A program made the translations under genes and the position numbers. From Podarcis vaucheri (Eukaryota), in the NCBI GenBank assembly GCA_965113315.1, contig OZ220372.1: a stretch of DNA of 64,000 nucleotides; one strand, 5' to 3'. Of the stretch, positions 26,416-39,463 are shown piece after piece; within the stretch, counting starts at the first letter, position 1; each line of letters opens with the position of its first letter. Below the pieces are notes generated by a model. That model saw nothing but the letters and a program-made list of their open reading frames with translations, was not told the origin of the DNA and ran no database searches.

Positions 26416-27491
26416 GTAAGAGGCTGCAAAGCAAGTGCCCATCATGCTCTGGTGTGCTTCACACAGCTGTTGGGTCCTTTGGCTAGCAGTGCATGCACTT
26501 CTGGCAACAAAGAGCCAAGTCACAGTGGGTGGCCATCAAGGAGTTCTGTTGTCTTGGCTGATGCTGCCACTGTACGTGTTGGGATCTTGCGCTTCCAGTA
26601 ATTGGATGAATTAGAAAGTTTAGCACGATAGGGATTACACGTTGAAATGTAGGATTAAACATGATGGTACAACTGTTGAGCCTCTTTTTTGAAACATCTG
26701 TGGAAGTCCAAGCAGAATAATGCCCTCTGCTTCTAGTGTTTCTGGGTCAGAGAACTTTAATTTACAAGGTCACCTTTTTCCACACACTCTCTTTCAGGCC
26801 TTTGCAAATCTTTGTTTGGAGATTACCATTTGTCTCCCTTGTGTAGCAGCCTCATTGTGTCCACCGTCCCAAGTGAAAAAAGCCAGTTCTATTGAAATGC
26901 CACCCTGGACAAATTCATTGTGAGCTGTGTAAATATTACTGGTCTTGACTTTCCTTGGCTAATTTTAAAGGGAAATAGTTTATGCTGGTGTCTGGCTCTA
27001 ACGTCAGAATCAGAACAGAGAATATTATTTTTACCTTGTTTTGCTGCTATCTTTTCATAACTGGAAGGATGACCTTGGAAATGCAGGATTTATTAACAAA
27101 ATTTCTACAAATATATGAACCCCAACTTTAATGAATCTCCATTGTTACCATCTTTCTTTTTTCCACCTATCACTGTAGTCTCAGAATATTTGACTTTGGG
27201 TGATTCATATTTTAGAATGGCAAACATGCTCCCAAACTTTCATGGAGGAGTGCTTTTGGATTGGCTTTTCTTTGCCTTCATGTGTTACACTACAGGGAGC
27301 AGTTTTTTTTCAGTTTCCTGAAACTTCATACTAATTTCAAAATTATTTGTGGTGGTAAAGGTGGATTTTGTGGAAGAGTGCAGTGGCTGAACTATTCTCT
27401 ATACTGCTTTCTCCATTTGAAATTTAATGTGTATATTTCCTTGGGAAACTGCCACAGGAGGACTAACACAACCCCTCCTTACTCCCTTTAG

Positions 27492-27663
27492 GTGTGGGAG
27501 GGCAGATGGCGCGTCATCCCCTTTGACGTCTTGCCCGACTGGCTGAAGGACAACGATTACCTGTTGCATGGGCACCGCCCACCCATGCCCTCTTTCCGGG
27601 CTTGCTTCAAAAGCATTTTCAGAATACACACAGAGACCGGCAATATCTGGACACACCTACTAG
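27492..27663 (+). CDS. ADIPOR2: Adiponectin receptor 2, exon 4
   Basis: VWEGRWRVIPFDVLPDWLKDNDYLLHGHRPPMPSFRACFKSIFRIHTETGNIWTHLLG (PAQR signature); 172 nt. Confidence 0.98.
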
Positions 27664-28910
27664 GTATTGACTTGGATGTAAATGTCATATGAATTTATCT
27701 TTTATAACTAATAACTGAGTTAAGAAGCAAAGGAAATAGACTTTGGAATTTACTGCTGATCCAATAGCAAGAGCAAGATTGCCTGGAGCACATCTTACAG
27801 GACTCTACAGGATATGTTGGGCAAGAGTTTGGGGTGAATTATACTTGCATAGATGAATCCTGGACAAAGGGTTGCAGTGACTTTCCCCTTCAGTAACCTT
27901 ACTAAATGCCTGTTCAGTAGAATAACTTCTCTTTGTTCAGCACCAACTAACTTGGTTTGAATTACTCAGATGTGCAAATCCCCCCTTTTCTGTTTGTGTT
28001 GTACTCCCCTCACCCCGTCACTGATAATGTTTTGAGGATGCTCAGATTGACTTGGCAGAGCTACATGAATCCTCTTCCTGTTGTCCAGAAAGATAATTCA
28101 GATTTCTGCTCCAACACTGCTGTTCACTAACAGCTTTTAGGAAGAAAATGTAAACACTTTGGTATGCATGTGCTGCTCTGAGTCAAGACCTTGGTCCAAG
28201 GCTTCAACCTGGGACATCTGAATTGCAATGCTGCAGAAAAATTGTGTGCTTTGTACTTCTGTGTGGCTTTCTCACTGCAGCATTGCCCTTGAAATAAGCT
28301 TAATTGCCTGTGCTTACTGGACCTTTCCTGGCTCTTGGGACTAATGATGGAACAGTCCTCAAATTAGCTTCAGTTGGCATTGCAGTGACCATTTTCTGTT
28401 TGGCTCATTGGGGAGGACAGAACTAGAGCTAAGCTTGCATACTTTAAACATTATTGTCAGCAACTGTTTTGCTTGGCAGAACATTTAGGTTGGAATAAAC
28501 CTAAAGCCCTTTGGTTTATCGATTGGTCATAATTGTGCCAGCCCAACTTCTGTATGCTACATCACCATGCCTCATAATATTTGGGAGAAATAGTGCAAAC
28601 AAACAGCAAATTGAATCTGTTTCCAGCTTTATATCAGGCCACCCATTCCACCATGTTCCAATCCGTGCACAACACACTAAACCATATTTTAACATGATGT
28701 GCATAATGTGGCCAGGGGTTTCCCAAAGCTGTTCAAAGCATATGTAGTACCTCACTCAATGATTTGCAAATGTTAAGTCAAATGATCTACAGAAATGTGA
28801 CATGACATTTCTCAAGTGTACTGAATTTGCTGTGATGCTTTTTTTGGGTTCTCCCGCTACACTCGCACAAGCTTCGGCAGGTCTTGTAACATTTATTTTT
28901 CTTTGTATAG

Positions 28911-29097
28911 GTTGTGTGTTCTTTCTGTGTCTGGGCATCTTTTACATGTTCCGGCCAAACATGTCCTTTGTAGCACCTGTACAAGAGAAGGTAGTGGTTG
29001 GAGTGTTCTTCTTGGGAGCCATTCTCTGCCTCTCCTTCTCATGGCTCTTCCACACAGTTTACTGCCATTCAGAAGGTGTCTCAAGACTATTCTCCAA
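28911..29097 (+). CDS. ADIPOR2: Adiponectin receptor 2, exon 5
   Basis: CVFFLCLGIFYMFRPNMSF...SFSWLFHTVYCHSEGVSRLFSK, includes a Zn-binding His; 187 nt; donor AA|GTAAGT. Confidence 0.98.
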
Positions 29098-29526
29098 GTA
29101 AGTATTGTAGTGGTTCAGTGTGACTTCATAGCCGGAAAATGTAAGTGAAGCACTATGAAAATTGTCAGTGTATAAATGTTTAGCTGTTGGGTCCAGGCTG
29201 AGAAACTGGAATTTGCCTAAGAGCTCTACTTCAGCCATCGATGGGCTGCCCATATTCCTGACATTGTGGTTAGCAGGCCAAGATTAAAGAATTTAGATCA
29301 GAGCTCTTCTCCTAAGGTTTGCCTGCTTTTGCTAATATTAGGAAGTTGCTGTTTAGGGGTGGTCACAGTAGGAACCTTATTAGCCACAGACGTCTTGCAG
29401 CAGAAGCTGGACAATGATGCAACTAGGCTAGGCTTGTTGGGTGCTGTGGAGGCTGTGCAATCAGTGAGCAGGCTATTTCATGTGACCTTCCTGAAACAAC
29501 TTTCCCCCTCTCTTCCCTTGCCTTAG

Positions 29527-29714
29527 ACTGGACTACTCTGGCATCGCCCTCCTCATTATGGGCAGTTTTGTCCCATGGCTCTACTACTCCTTCTATTGCA
29601 ACCCTCAGCCCTGCTTCATCTACTTGATTGTCATCTGTGTCCTGGGCATCACAGCCATTATAGTTTCCCAATGGGACAGGTTTGCAACCCCCCAGTATCG
29701 AGGAGTACGAGCAG
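29527..29714 (+). CDS. ADIPOR2: Adiponectin receptor 2, exon 6
   Basis: LDYSGIALLIMGSFVPWLYYSFYCNPQPCFIYLIVICVLG...ATPQYRGVRAG; 188 nt. Confidence 0.98.
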
Positions 29715-30071
29715 GTAAGACTCAAAGGATCACTTTTAAAATGCTTTCCTCCACATGGAGGGATTTGGTCTGAAATTTTATTCCAAATTGGAACAAAGTG
29801 CTGAACTTACTTATGCATGGTGCTACTTTTTTAAAATGTAACTTTGAACCGAGTGTGTGCGCGCTCATAGATAAAAAGTTTGACACTCCTAATCTGTCAG
29901 TCATATTTGCATAATGTCAGGTTCTAGAGAGGTAGCCATATTTGTCTGCAACAAAACTTATTTAATGTTCCATATTCAGATTTATGGTGACACAAGTTTT
30001 TGTGAGTTAAAGTCCCCTTCCATGATGTGTTGCCTTCCATTAGTCATGCTTATGGCATACAGACAGATATA

Positions 30072-30314
30072 CAGTGGTACCTCTGTTCTGGAGGCCCATT
30101 TGCAACATGAAAAGTCCGCAACCTGATGCGCTGTATCTGTGCAGATGCGCGGTGCAATTTGGCGCTTGTGCACATGCGTGAAGTGCGATTTAGCGCTACT
30201 GCACATGCATGAGCGGTGAAACCCGGAAGTAACCCTTTCCAGTACTTCCAGGTTGCTGCGGGACGCAACCTGAAAAAACGTAACATGAAGCAAATATAAC
30301 ATGAGGTATGACTA
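30072..30314. mobile_element. Tc1/mariner-superfamily MITE
   Basis: ta|cagtggtacctc ... gaggtatgacta|ta. Confidence 0.72.
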
Positions 30315-31683
30315 TACATACAGCAAAATGTAGTCTCCAAACAGGCCTTGAAAAGTTTACACTCTGCATTCTTTATGTGTACAGAGAATCCACTAGTTGT
30401 GGGTAGTTAGTACTTCATGCACCTTATAAATGGGCATCCCTTCATGGATACATAATAAATTGGTTGGTATTTAGATGCCACAAGATTCCTTGTGCCTGCA
30501 TCATGTGTGTTTTAATTTGCACTGTCCCCCCCCCCTTTTTTTTTTGTATGATTAACTTATAGTACTCATTATGTGACATCTTGTTTGGATGACAGTAAGT
30601 TAAGGATTCTGGCTGTAAATGCCATCTGTCCAATGAACACAATTTGTGAAAATGACTCATCAGCTTAGCTGGATGCCATCTTTCATAATGGCTCTAAATT
30701 CTGGCAAAGTCTGAGGAAGCTAGAAAGTCAGGCAGGAGGATAATTTAGGATAAGGTATTGTTTAAAATCAAAACCCTAAATGCATCTTCTAGTGCAGTAG
30801 TTTCCAAATTTTGTCATGAGGGTACTGAAAGAAAAAGAATCTAAGGACGAAAAACATCTGCCTGCAGGGAAGCTGTTTGCTGTTACAGACATACACACAT
30901 TCAGCATCTTATTTGTATGCCACCTTTCCGTAGTTTAAACCATGCTTAAGGCAGCTTACAACATGAAAAAAATAATACATAATTACATAGCAAAAGTAAT
31001 CTTCAACAATAAATAAAAGTACACATTCAAATTGAACATTTCCACATAGATCATAAGATCTAAAATAAGATACAAAACATTATATCAATAACAGCAACAC
31101 ACACCCCTCCAAACAAAACACCCTAAACAACCCCCCAGCCCAACAATCTGTTCAGTAGCCTCAGTTTTTGTAGCTGGAGTCAGGGCCCTGCCTTCCCTGG
31201 CCAGGTGGAAAAAAGGCCAGTAAGACAAGGACTCCTAGCCAAGATGCTTATTCCACCGCTCTGGCCTGCCTGCCCTCCTTTCCATTCTATCTTTACAGGA
31301 GGATGGAGACTTTGTTCTGTCCATCTCTGCTTTTGGAAATGATTAGGTTTTTCTGATACTCCAGTGCAGAGGATGCTACTTGCTGAATCTCTACAAAAAT
31401 TGCTGCTCTGGGCTTTGTCTCCTTCCATTTGGGAGGCACACTTGGAACAGTAACTCCTGTTGCAGTGCATGGGAAGGACTCCTCCGAGGGAAGGTGAAAT
31501 TCTTGCATGTCTGAATGCGCGCACACACAGAATGTGAATGTAGTCATGAATTCAGGGGGGAAAGTCTCATTTGCTTGCTGGAAGTTTGAAGAATTTGTTC
31601 TAGAATATTTCTGTACCTTCCAGGAAGTTGTAAATTTATACAGAGGATCAGGAGATGAAATATATAGCAATTGAAACTTAGTA

Positions 31684-31885
31684 CAGTGGTACCTCTGGTT
31701 ACGAACTTAATTTGTTCCGAAGGTCCGTTCTTAACCTGAAACCGTTCTTAACCTGAAGCACCACTTTAGCTAATGGGGCCTCCTGCTGCTGCTATTCTCA
31801 TCCTGAGGTAAAGTTCTTAACCCGAGGTACTACTTCCGGGTTAGCGGAGTCTGTAACCCAAAGTTTGTAACCTGAGGTACCACTG
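31684..31885. mobile_element. Tc1/mariner-superfamily MITE
   Basis: Perfect TIR cagtggtacctc / gaggtaccactg with TA TSDs. Confidence 0.85.
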
Positions 31886-32129
31886 TACTGGGAATACTAT
31901 TTTGCAAATATTGAAGGTTTTAATTATCGTGAACTGTCAGTTCAATCTGTGGACTGGAGCAGACAAAACACCTTTGAAGTTTATTCTTCCACGACTGATG
32001 TAAGTGCTGCACTTTTTTGGTCAGTCAGTGGTACATGAAGGCCAAAGTTTCTTTCTGCCACTCACAGCCCACTGACAGTGAGTCTTTATTTCAAGGCTTG
32101 TGCTACAGTCTCTAGTGTGCTTAGAAAGC

Positions 32130-32474
32130 TAAAGGTAAAGGTAAAGGTACCCCTGCCCGAACGGGCCAGTCTTGACAGACTCTGGGGTTTGTGCGCCCAT
32201 CTCACATCTATTGGCCGGGGGCCAGCGCTGTCCGAAGACACTTCCGGGTCACGTGGCCAGCGTGACAACGCTGCTCTGGCGAGCCAGAGCCGCACACGGA
32301 ACGCCGTTTACCTTCCCGCTGGTAAGCGGTACCTATTTATCTACTTGCCCCCGGGGGTGCTTTCGAACTGCTAGGTGGGCAGGCGCTGGGACCGAGCAGC
32401 GGGAGCGCACCCCGCCGCGGGGATTCGAACCGCCGACCTTTCGATCGGCAAGCCCTAGGCGCTGAGGCTTTAGC
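32130..32474 (-). mobile_element. Sauria SINE, young subfamily, slightly 5'-truncated
   Basis: (aaaggt)n tail, B-box reverse complement ggattcgaacc; about 6 differences from the copy at 53034-53391. Confidence 0.92.
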
Positions 32475-33043
32475 TAGAGGTATATTAACATATTTTGAAC
32501 AATTGTGCACAGTGGGTGTGTAGTATACATTTTAGGGCACTTGAGAATGAAATCAGGTTTACTTCATTTTCTACAACAAAATGAATTTTGTCTGATTAAA
32601 GAAATTATAGTTGGTTGATTGCAATTTTAAATGATCTGCATAATAAAAGTCACTTGAATTAAATGGTGACTTTGGAATGGAAAAGCATACTTTCTTTATC
32701 TAGTATTTAAGTGGCATGTGTGTATCTGTGCTGCAGCAGGCATAGTATTGAAGGAGGATATGCCTCCTTGTTGCAACAGAAGAGAAAATGCCTCTTCTAA
32801 AATGACATTTAGCACTATGATGAGAAGTACATGGAAATTATTTTTTTTTAAAAAAAATGTGTTCCCAGATTGATCAGGGGCTCCTCTCTAGTTGACCAAA
32901 TGGGTTGTGGCCCTAAAAACCAACCACCCAAGTAGTCTTCCTGCTCTGCTTTGGGATCCTGAGCTTTGGCAGTTTGCCCTCATCTCTGCCACTGCTTCTC
33001 TTGTGTCCAAGGCTGAATCTGTCCCACTTCCCTTATCTCCTAG

Positions 33044-33237
33044 GAGTGTTTCTGGCTCTGGGCCTTAGTGGGGTCATCCCCACCCTGCACTTTGTCATCA
33101 CGGAAGGGTTCCTCAAGGCTGCCACAATGGGGCAGATAGGCTGGCTGGCTCTCATGGCCTGCCTGTATATCACTGGCGCTGCACTGTATGCTGCTCGCAT
33201 CCCGGAGAGGTTCTTCCCGGGCAAGTGTGACATCTGG
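33044..33237 (+). CDS. ADIPOR2: Adiponectin receptor 2, exon 7
   Basis: VFLALGLSGVIPTLHF...YAARIPERFFPGKCDIW; 194 nt; donor TGG|GTAAGT. Confidence 0.98.
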
Positions 33238-33892
33238 GTAAGTATGGCTAATAGATGGCAGGCACATAATAGGGAGGGTGAGAGGCATTAATGCCATTCC
33301 TACTGCATATCTGCAGTGATGGATCACTGTGGTCTGTGGCCGAGCTCTATAAAGACACAGTTCAATAAATGCCTCTTACTGCTCAGTTCTGGGCTAAAAT
33401 GGAGCCCTGCTGTGCAACTGCTAACTTTAAAACCCCATGAAACTCTGCAACCTTCTCTTGGTAGGCATTACAAGAATGAAAAATATTTGCACTGTATCTG
33501 CCTTGGCATATCTGGCTCCCAAGAGAGGGAATGGTGCACAGCTGCAAAAATACAACCATTCTGATACAGCGCTGTTAATGCTCTGTCTTTGTTTGTTTAT
33601 GTGTATGCGAGCATGTATCTTGTCCTCTAGCCAGTTATGCCAAGTTGACTGGGGCTGGGTGGGTTTAAATTGGCACCTCTTGGTGCTTGCATAGCCTGTT
33701 CACACAGAGAAACAAACAATGGATTCCTAGGAAGCAAGAGGGCTTATTCTTTGGCTGGCTTATTCTTTGGCTTCACAATCTCTACTTACTAGCCAGTACC
33801 ACCTATGATGCTCTCCTTTGGTGACTGTTCTGGAAAATGGGAGTCTCCATTACCTAAAGTGAAACAGTGTTCTGTTTTTCTCTCTCCCATAG

Positions 33893-34018
33893 TTCCACTC
33901 CCACCAGCTGTTTCATGTGTTTGTAGTGGCTGGTGCATTTGCGCACTTCCATGGAGTTTCAAACCTTCAGGAGTTCCGCTTCACAGTTGGCGGAGGCTGC
34001 TCAGAGGACGAGATGTAG
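33893..34018 (+). CDS. ADIPOR2: Adiponectin receptor 2, last exon coding part
   Basis: FHSHQLFHVFVVAGAFAHFHGVSNLQEFRFTVGGGCSEDEM*, TAG at 34016-34018. Joined exons give 382 aa with consistent phases. Confidence 0.98.
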   Translation, partial: FHSHQLFHVFVVAGAFAHFHGVSNLQEFRFTVGGGCSEDEM

Positions 34019-36468
34019 TAAAACTGACCGCTTGTCCAAGATCGTAACCAAAAAAGCAGAACCGTTGGAGCAGTCAGTCTACACCTGATCCAGGATGGTG
34101 TAGAAGCTTCGCAGGGATTCTAACTAAAACTTGGAAGAGAAATTCATACCTCAAGCATTGGAGTGAATTGATTGTGAAGACCTGGAAGTTCTTAAACCCT
34201 AATTTATTCCTGGGGTCTACAGACTAAGCTACAGAAAGCCCTTTCTTAATCAGCTTCTGTTCAATGCCATATTTATTTGTAGAAAAACAAGAGGGGTTGT
34301 CATGGGGAGATGGCTTAGCATTTTCTTTTCTTTTTTAAAATCTAGCTTGATTAAGATTTGTATCTTGTTCAGGTAAGTTGATTTTTAGATGCTCTTTTGG
34401 GAGGAAAAATGTAAATAAGATTTCTAACATTCTGTTTAATTGAAAAGTTTATATAAATGTTTTAAAATTGTGTGGGAGGGGAGGGTTTTTTGTATAGATT
34501 GCAACATGCAAGTACCACACACTGTTTCAAGTTTGCACGAACCCTTTTAAGTGCAAGAGGGCCAGGTGAAACCCCTGCAGCATCTGGGTTCTACAGATTC
34601 TTCCTAATGTTTGGGGATATACTGGACAACTAGACCCAGCAGGCTCAGTCTGCACACAAGGGTTCAGGGTAAGCAAGTGTGGACAACCTTAAATTTGGTT
34701 GACGCTTGGGCCCCCCTGTATGTTCAGAAGGCAAAGGCAGGAGACATTGTGCAGCTGAGCTCTGCTCCCTTGGCAGGGCGTGCCTTCTAAGATCTCTGCC
34801 ATTTTGTGGATAGTCTTTAGGTGGTCTTTCTTTCCACCAGCCTTTTGCTGTGTTGGGATTTGATGGCTTAAGGCACAATATGATATGTATCTCGACCTCT
34901 TTGGCAGTGGGGTCTCTTGTCAGTGTTTCACCATTCAGTTGGGCCTGCTATCCTTTTTTATCCAAGTGCAATTGTTAGTGTCAGGCATCTGCCTTCTAGT
35001 TGAGAGACAGTAGGATAAGATGGTCTGCAGGGAGTGAAGAGGAACATATGAAAAAGCAGCCTAGACTAGCTGTTAATTCATTCTAGAGTATGTTGTGTGC
35101 TGCTGAAGTACAGTAGCACTAAGGTTGCCTGGTATTAAATTCCACCAAGCTCCACTTGGCTGCAATGTAACACTGCCGATCCTTCTTGCTTCCTTCTGGT
35201 ATATAAGACAACGCTGCGCACTGGGCTTTTTTCTTTCTTTAAAAAGAACAGCTTGCAGAATCTGCTTGGATATTACATTTTTGCCTCTCCTCAACAGAGT
35301 GCTTGGTACCCAAGAGAAGCTTGTTGTCTCTTTAAAAACTTCCCCAGATAGCTTAACTGCTTGTGGGGTAGCCGTACATTCTGAGAAGGGCAAATTATCA
35401 CTAAGCAGAACACTCAGTCGGGCAAGAAGTGTAGTTGCTGTTTTCTCCTGCTAGGCTGGTGAGGTATGTCAGAGATGGAGAGAAATGTTTTGACACAGTG
35501 TAGAATTTGTGTTGTTGAATACTCACAGTGGGGGCACCATAGTATAATTAACTACAAGTGTTGGGAGATGATAGAATTTGTCACATGTTAAACTGCTTTT
35601 TTGATTATTAGAAGGAAGTTGGTCTTTCTGTCTTTTCTCTCTCCCGCCCTCAAAACAGAACCTTAGTGTTTAGACCTACAAGAGGTGCTTAACGGGTGCT
35701 TGTAGGCAATTTCAGATGTGTATATCCTGGGTAGGATCCTGATGTGCTGAATGCAGTTAGGCCGGAATGGCACCCTAATGCTTCTGATTGTTCAATCCCA
35801 TACTAAAAAACAGAACAGTATTAATTGAACCCCTTTAATGGAATAGGCGATGATTTAACCTTCCCAGTGGTAAATGTAGCCATCTGGAAGAAGGACGGCT
35901 TGCCTGATGGGGAAAGTGCTAATACATATCGGACTCAGATCTACCTATCTGAAAAGCATTTTTTTTGAGAGAGAGAGAAAAAGGGGTGGTAGGCTGCTTC
36001 TGTATTAGCAGCAGAAATAGCACCTCCCCCATTCTGGATCATCCTATGCTCACTCCCAGAAAGGGTTTCTCACAACCTGGTCCTACAGCACACAACCTGT
36101 ACAAAAACACACCCTCCACTTATTCTACCCCTTTGGTCTCTGTTTAGGACATTTTTTTGTGTCCCAATAAGAAAAACTGCTTAGCTGTGCACTTTTCCGT
36201 GGTGCTTGCTGAGACTTCTTCCCAGGTTGGCACCTGAATGCCTTACTCTCAGCAATCGGAGGTTCGCTTGCTTCCTTTGTGTGTGCAGGTTTTCAGTGTA
36301 GTATAGTTCAGAGTTACAGCTTTCTTTTCCCATTAACTAGTGGCCTTGTTCAGTATTTTCTTTTTTAAAAAATTGCTTACTGTTGGAGGCGACAAAGCAC
36401 ATCTTGGACTTTGAAGATTGGGGTCTCCAGGCAATGGGATCTCATTACTTGTTGTATTCTTAACTTCT

Positions 36469-36474
36469 AATAAA
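36469..36474 (+). terminator. ADIPOR2: Probable ADIPOR2 polyadenylation signal (3' UTR about 2.5 kb)
   Basis: AATAAA followed about 25 nt later by GU/U-rich gggtgttgtctttttggt. Confidence 0.65.
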
Positions 36475-38519
36475 AAGAGCAAATGCAATGGAGGCTTGAT
36501 GGGTGTTGTCTTTTTGGTCTCATTCATGATCATATAAGAACTGGATGGACGTATAGAAAAGTATGGATGGGAATGTGGCCTGGAAATATAGAAATTGGTT
36601 TGTGTTACATTAAATGGTGAAAGTTGTTCTTCCATGTTTTTGAACCAAGAGTAGAGAACCATAACCCTTCCCGATGTTTGGGGTTTTTTTAAACATTTTT
36701 TTCTCAACACACCATGTGCTCATATATTAAGGTCAGTTTGACAGTGTGAAGCTCTTACACTATACTGGACTATTGTAAATACATCTAAGCACATTTACTT
36801 GTGAATGTGTGGGTCCATTTTCAGCATAATTCCAGTATGACCTATGATGGGATTTTGTGGCATATTGTGTATGACAACCAAGAAAAACATGAAACAAAAA
36901 TATAATGAAAATGTCATATTTTAAAAAGAGGCCAAATGTCAAACACATATTACAAAAACAAAAGCAAAAGTTCAACATCTTCTGTACTGTCACAAATCTC
37001 TCTTGGGGATTTGAGAGTAGGACTTTCTTATTGAAATGCTAGTCATGTCAAGGAAATACATACCAGCAGTCCTGTAATATGGCTTCCTTCCTTTGCTTGC
37101 TTTCTCCATTTCTGAGGTCTTAAGGTCTTGGCTATCCAACCATCAGCCCACGCCTGGCACGTAAACTACTGGGATCTAGAAACGAAAACTTGGTGTGGTG
37201 AAAATTTTGCCCATAATTTCGTTCATAAGGCAAAATGGCTTTCAAAAGTTGAGAGAAATTTCACATTGTATTAGCACACCTCTGAGGGATTACTCTCTTC
37301 CCTGAAAACTGATAAAGATTGTATTATACAGCTGGTGCATCCATGAAGCCGTCAGCATGTCTGGCAAAATAATATTGTGGGATACAGTAGGAACTGGAAG
37401 GCGACAGTCATATTTCCTGTGCATCTGTACACTTCCCAAAAGTGTCTGCTTTTAAACATTTGCGTCTAACAAAGCTAATGTGCACACTTAGCCTCGCCAT
37501 GTTTAATTTTGTAACCTATGTAATTTTGTAACCTATGCAAGGGAGTTATGGCTAAACTCCTTGTCCAGTGATGTGAAGCTGAGGGAACTTGAGAGGTGTG
37601 GACAGAAGGAATATTTCTAAGGCTAGAGTTTAAGTTTGCCTTAAGAACACAGAAACATAGGTAGAAACATTATTCCTTTTAGCTCAGTACTGTCTACACT
37701 GGCTGGTAGTAGCCATCCAAGGTTTCAGATGAAATTCTCAACCTGCAACCACTCCCCATAATGCATCAAGCCTCTTGAAATAGAACACATGGAGCTATTT
37801 TCACATCAAGCTGATAAATCTAATCATTGTCTGAATCAGCTATTTTAGAGGAAAGCTCTCTGTGTAGCCTTAGAAGAGCTTAAATATCTGCAATAGGCAG
37901 AGTTGCAGGAACTCCTTGCCGGTTACAGGAATCCCTGCCAAAGCCTGGCTTGGCAATATTGTTCTCCAGTTCCTTGACAATAGAAATGAAACTCTGTTGA
38001 TGACCATTATATTCTCTAAGAAGGTAATATTCCTGCCATTCCTGCAGAACTGCCCAGGTGTCTGTTAAGTTAAAAGAAAGGGGATTATGAGATGCTTCTC
38101 TTTAGCAGATAGTACTGACTGTTCCCATTTTGCAGCTAGGGTAAGTTATAGGTTAAGTCCATGCATTCGGCAAATGCCATCCACTGTTCCAGGCCTTTCC
38201 CCCACCAGTGTAAACTTTTCCATGCTGCTAAGGCAGGGAGGGGAAGCTGTGAGATCACACAGCTTGGTGAGCCTGTTGGTCCATAGCCATAGGTGCCCCA
38301 CCCTCAGTTGCAAGCTTCTTGAAGAAAGGAAGCCCCACTTCCAAACACAACACAGCTAGCAAGTTCCTTGGGAGGATGCAGCCGAAGAAGTTCCTGAGCC
38401 TCTGTGGCATTGTCCACATGCTCTGGCATGCAGCAGTTGTCTTAAGTGCCCAAGTAGCATGGTCCTCAAAATAGAGCATTTGCCTTTCTGGTCCAAAATA
38501 AGGACTTTGATGGGCCTTG

Positions 38520-38615
38520 TCACCGCAAGAGAACAGCTGTGGTTCCCAGAGGAAGGAAGAGCAGGGCTAATGAGGCAGAAATCTCTGCCGCTCCTCCACA
38601 GTCCTGGGCGTTTTC
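38520..38615 (-). CDS. CACNA2D4: Voltage-gated Ca channel alpha2/delta-4, last exon (GPI-anchor signal)
   Basis: tttttcag|ENAQDCGGAAEISASLALLFLPLGTTAVLLR*; CGG omega motif plus hydrophobic tail typical of alpha2delta; convergent synteny with ADIPOR2. Confidence 0.95.
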   Translation of the reverse strand, partial: ENAQDCGGAAEISASLALLFLPLGTTAVLLR

Positions 38616-39113
38616 CTGAAAAACAAAGCAAGTTTGTGGTCAGCAAGTAGAATTTAGAGGGCAGCAAAAATTAAAGCCTAGCTTCATTTTAACTTGGGCC
38701 AGATGACTGAAACTTGTTTTGCAACGGGGATGGCCAAATCCAGCTCCCGATAACAATGGATCCATTCATAGGGCTGGCAGGATAAACTGTGTCCGTTCAG
38801 AATATGCGTGCTCATGAGTGCCTACCACATGGCAAGGAACCCAATGCACTTGGCTATATGTATAACGGGTGCACAGGCTTGTTGCATACATCACATCAAA
38901 CACACACTGATGGACAGGTGGGGGCACTGTGCCCTATTTTTAGGGCCTCCACATAGGCAAACAAGTGAGGCAGCTTTGTGGTGGTTAGAAATGAAGAGTC
39001 TATGGATTGTCATTTCAAAACCCAGCCTATTTTATTTAGGCCAGCACATTATCATGGCTGCTGTGGGGCAGAGCCTACTTTGTCAAATGCAACAATTCCT
39101 CAACCCGCCTTAC

Positions 39114-39196
39114 CTCGGGATGGAATGCATGGCAGGTATCTGGTCGCCGCCTCAGCTTCTGGGAACGCATCCTGTCACATTTCACTGATGCATTAT
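39114..39196 (-). CDS. CACNA2D4: CACNA2D4 penultimate exon (AC acceptor)
   Basis: (Y)[27 protein letters not shown]; 83 nt; preceded by CCTTAAC-N8-AC; donor GAG|GTAAGG. Confidence 0.96.
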
Positions 39197-39463
39197 GTGC
39201 AGTGCTGTTAAGGTTAATAGCAGTTTGGGGAAATGGTTGAAAATCAGAAACAATCCCATTTATGGAGGAGCTGTGTTGTCCCAGAATTCCAGTTTACAGC
39301 TAGGCTGTACAAGTCATAAGATGTATTCCCACAGAGGTGCCCTTGATTATGAAGCTACTGCAAGGCCTCTACTCACATGGAATGTCATGCACTCATTCTA
39401 GCATAAAGGGTGCTGTCACAGGCAGGACATTTCTCAAAATACTTACGCTACACCTGGTAAGTA

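Noticed and set aside
32078-32465. Duplicated ORFs also found at 52971-53367
   Set aside because: Antisense reading of two Sauria SINE copies, not a gene duplication.
37504-37537. 17-bp tandem duplication taattttgtaacctatg x2
   Set aside because: Ordinary local slippage duplication with no insert between the copies.
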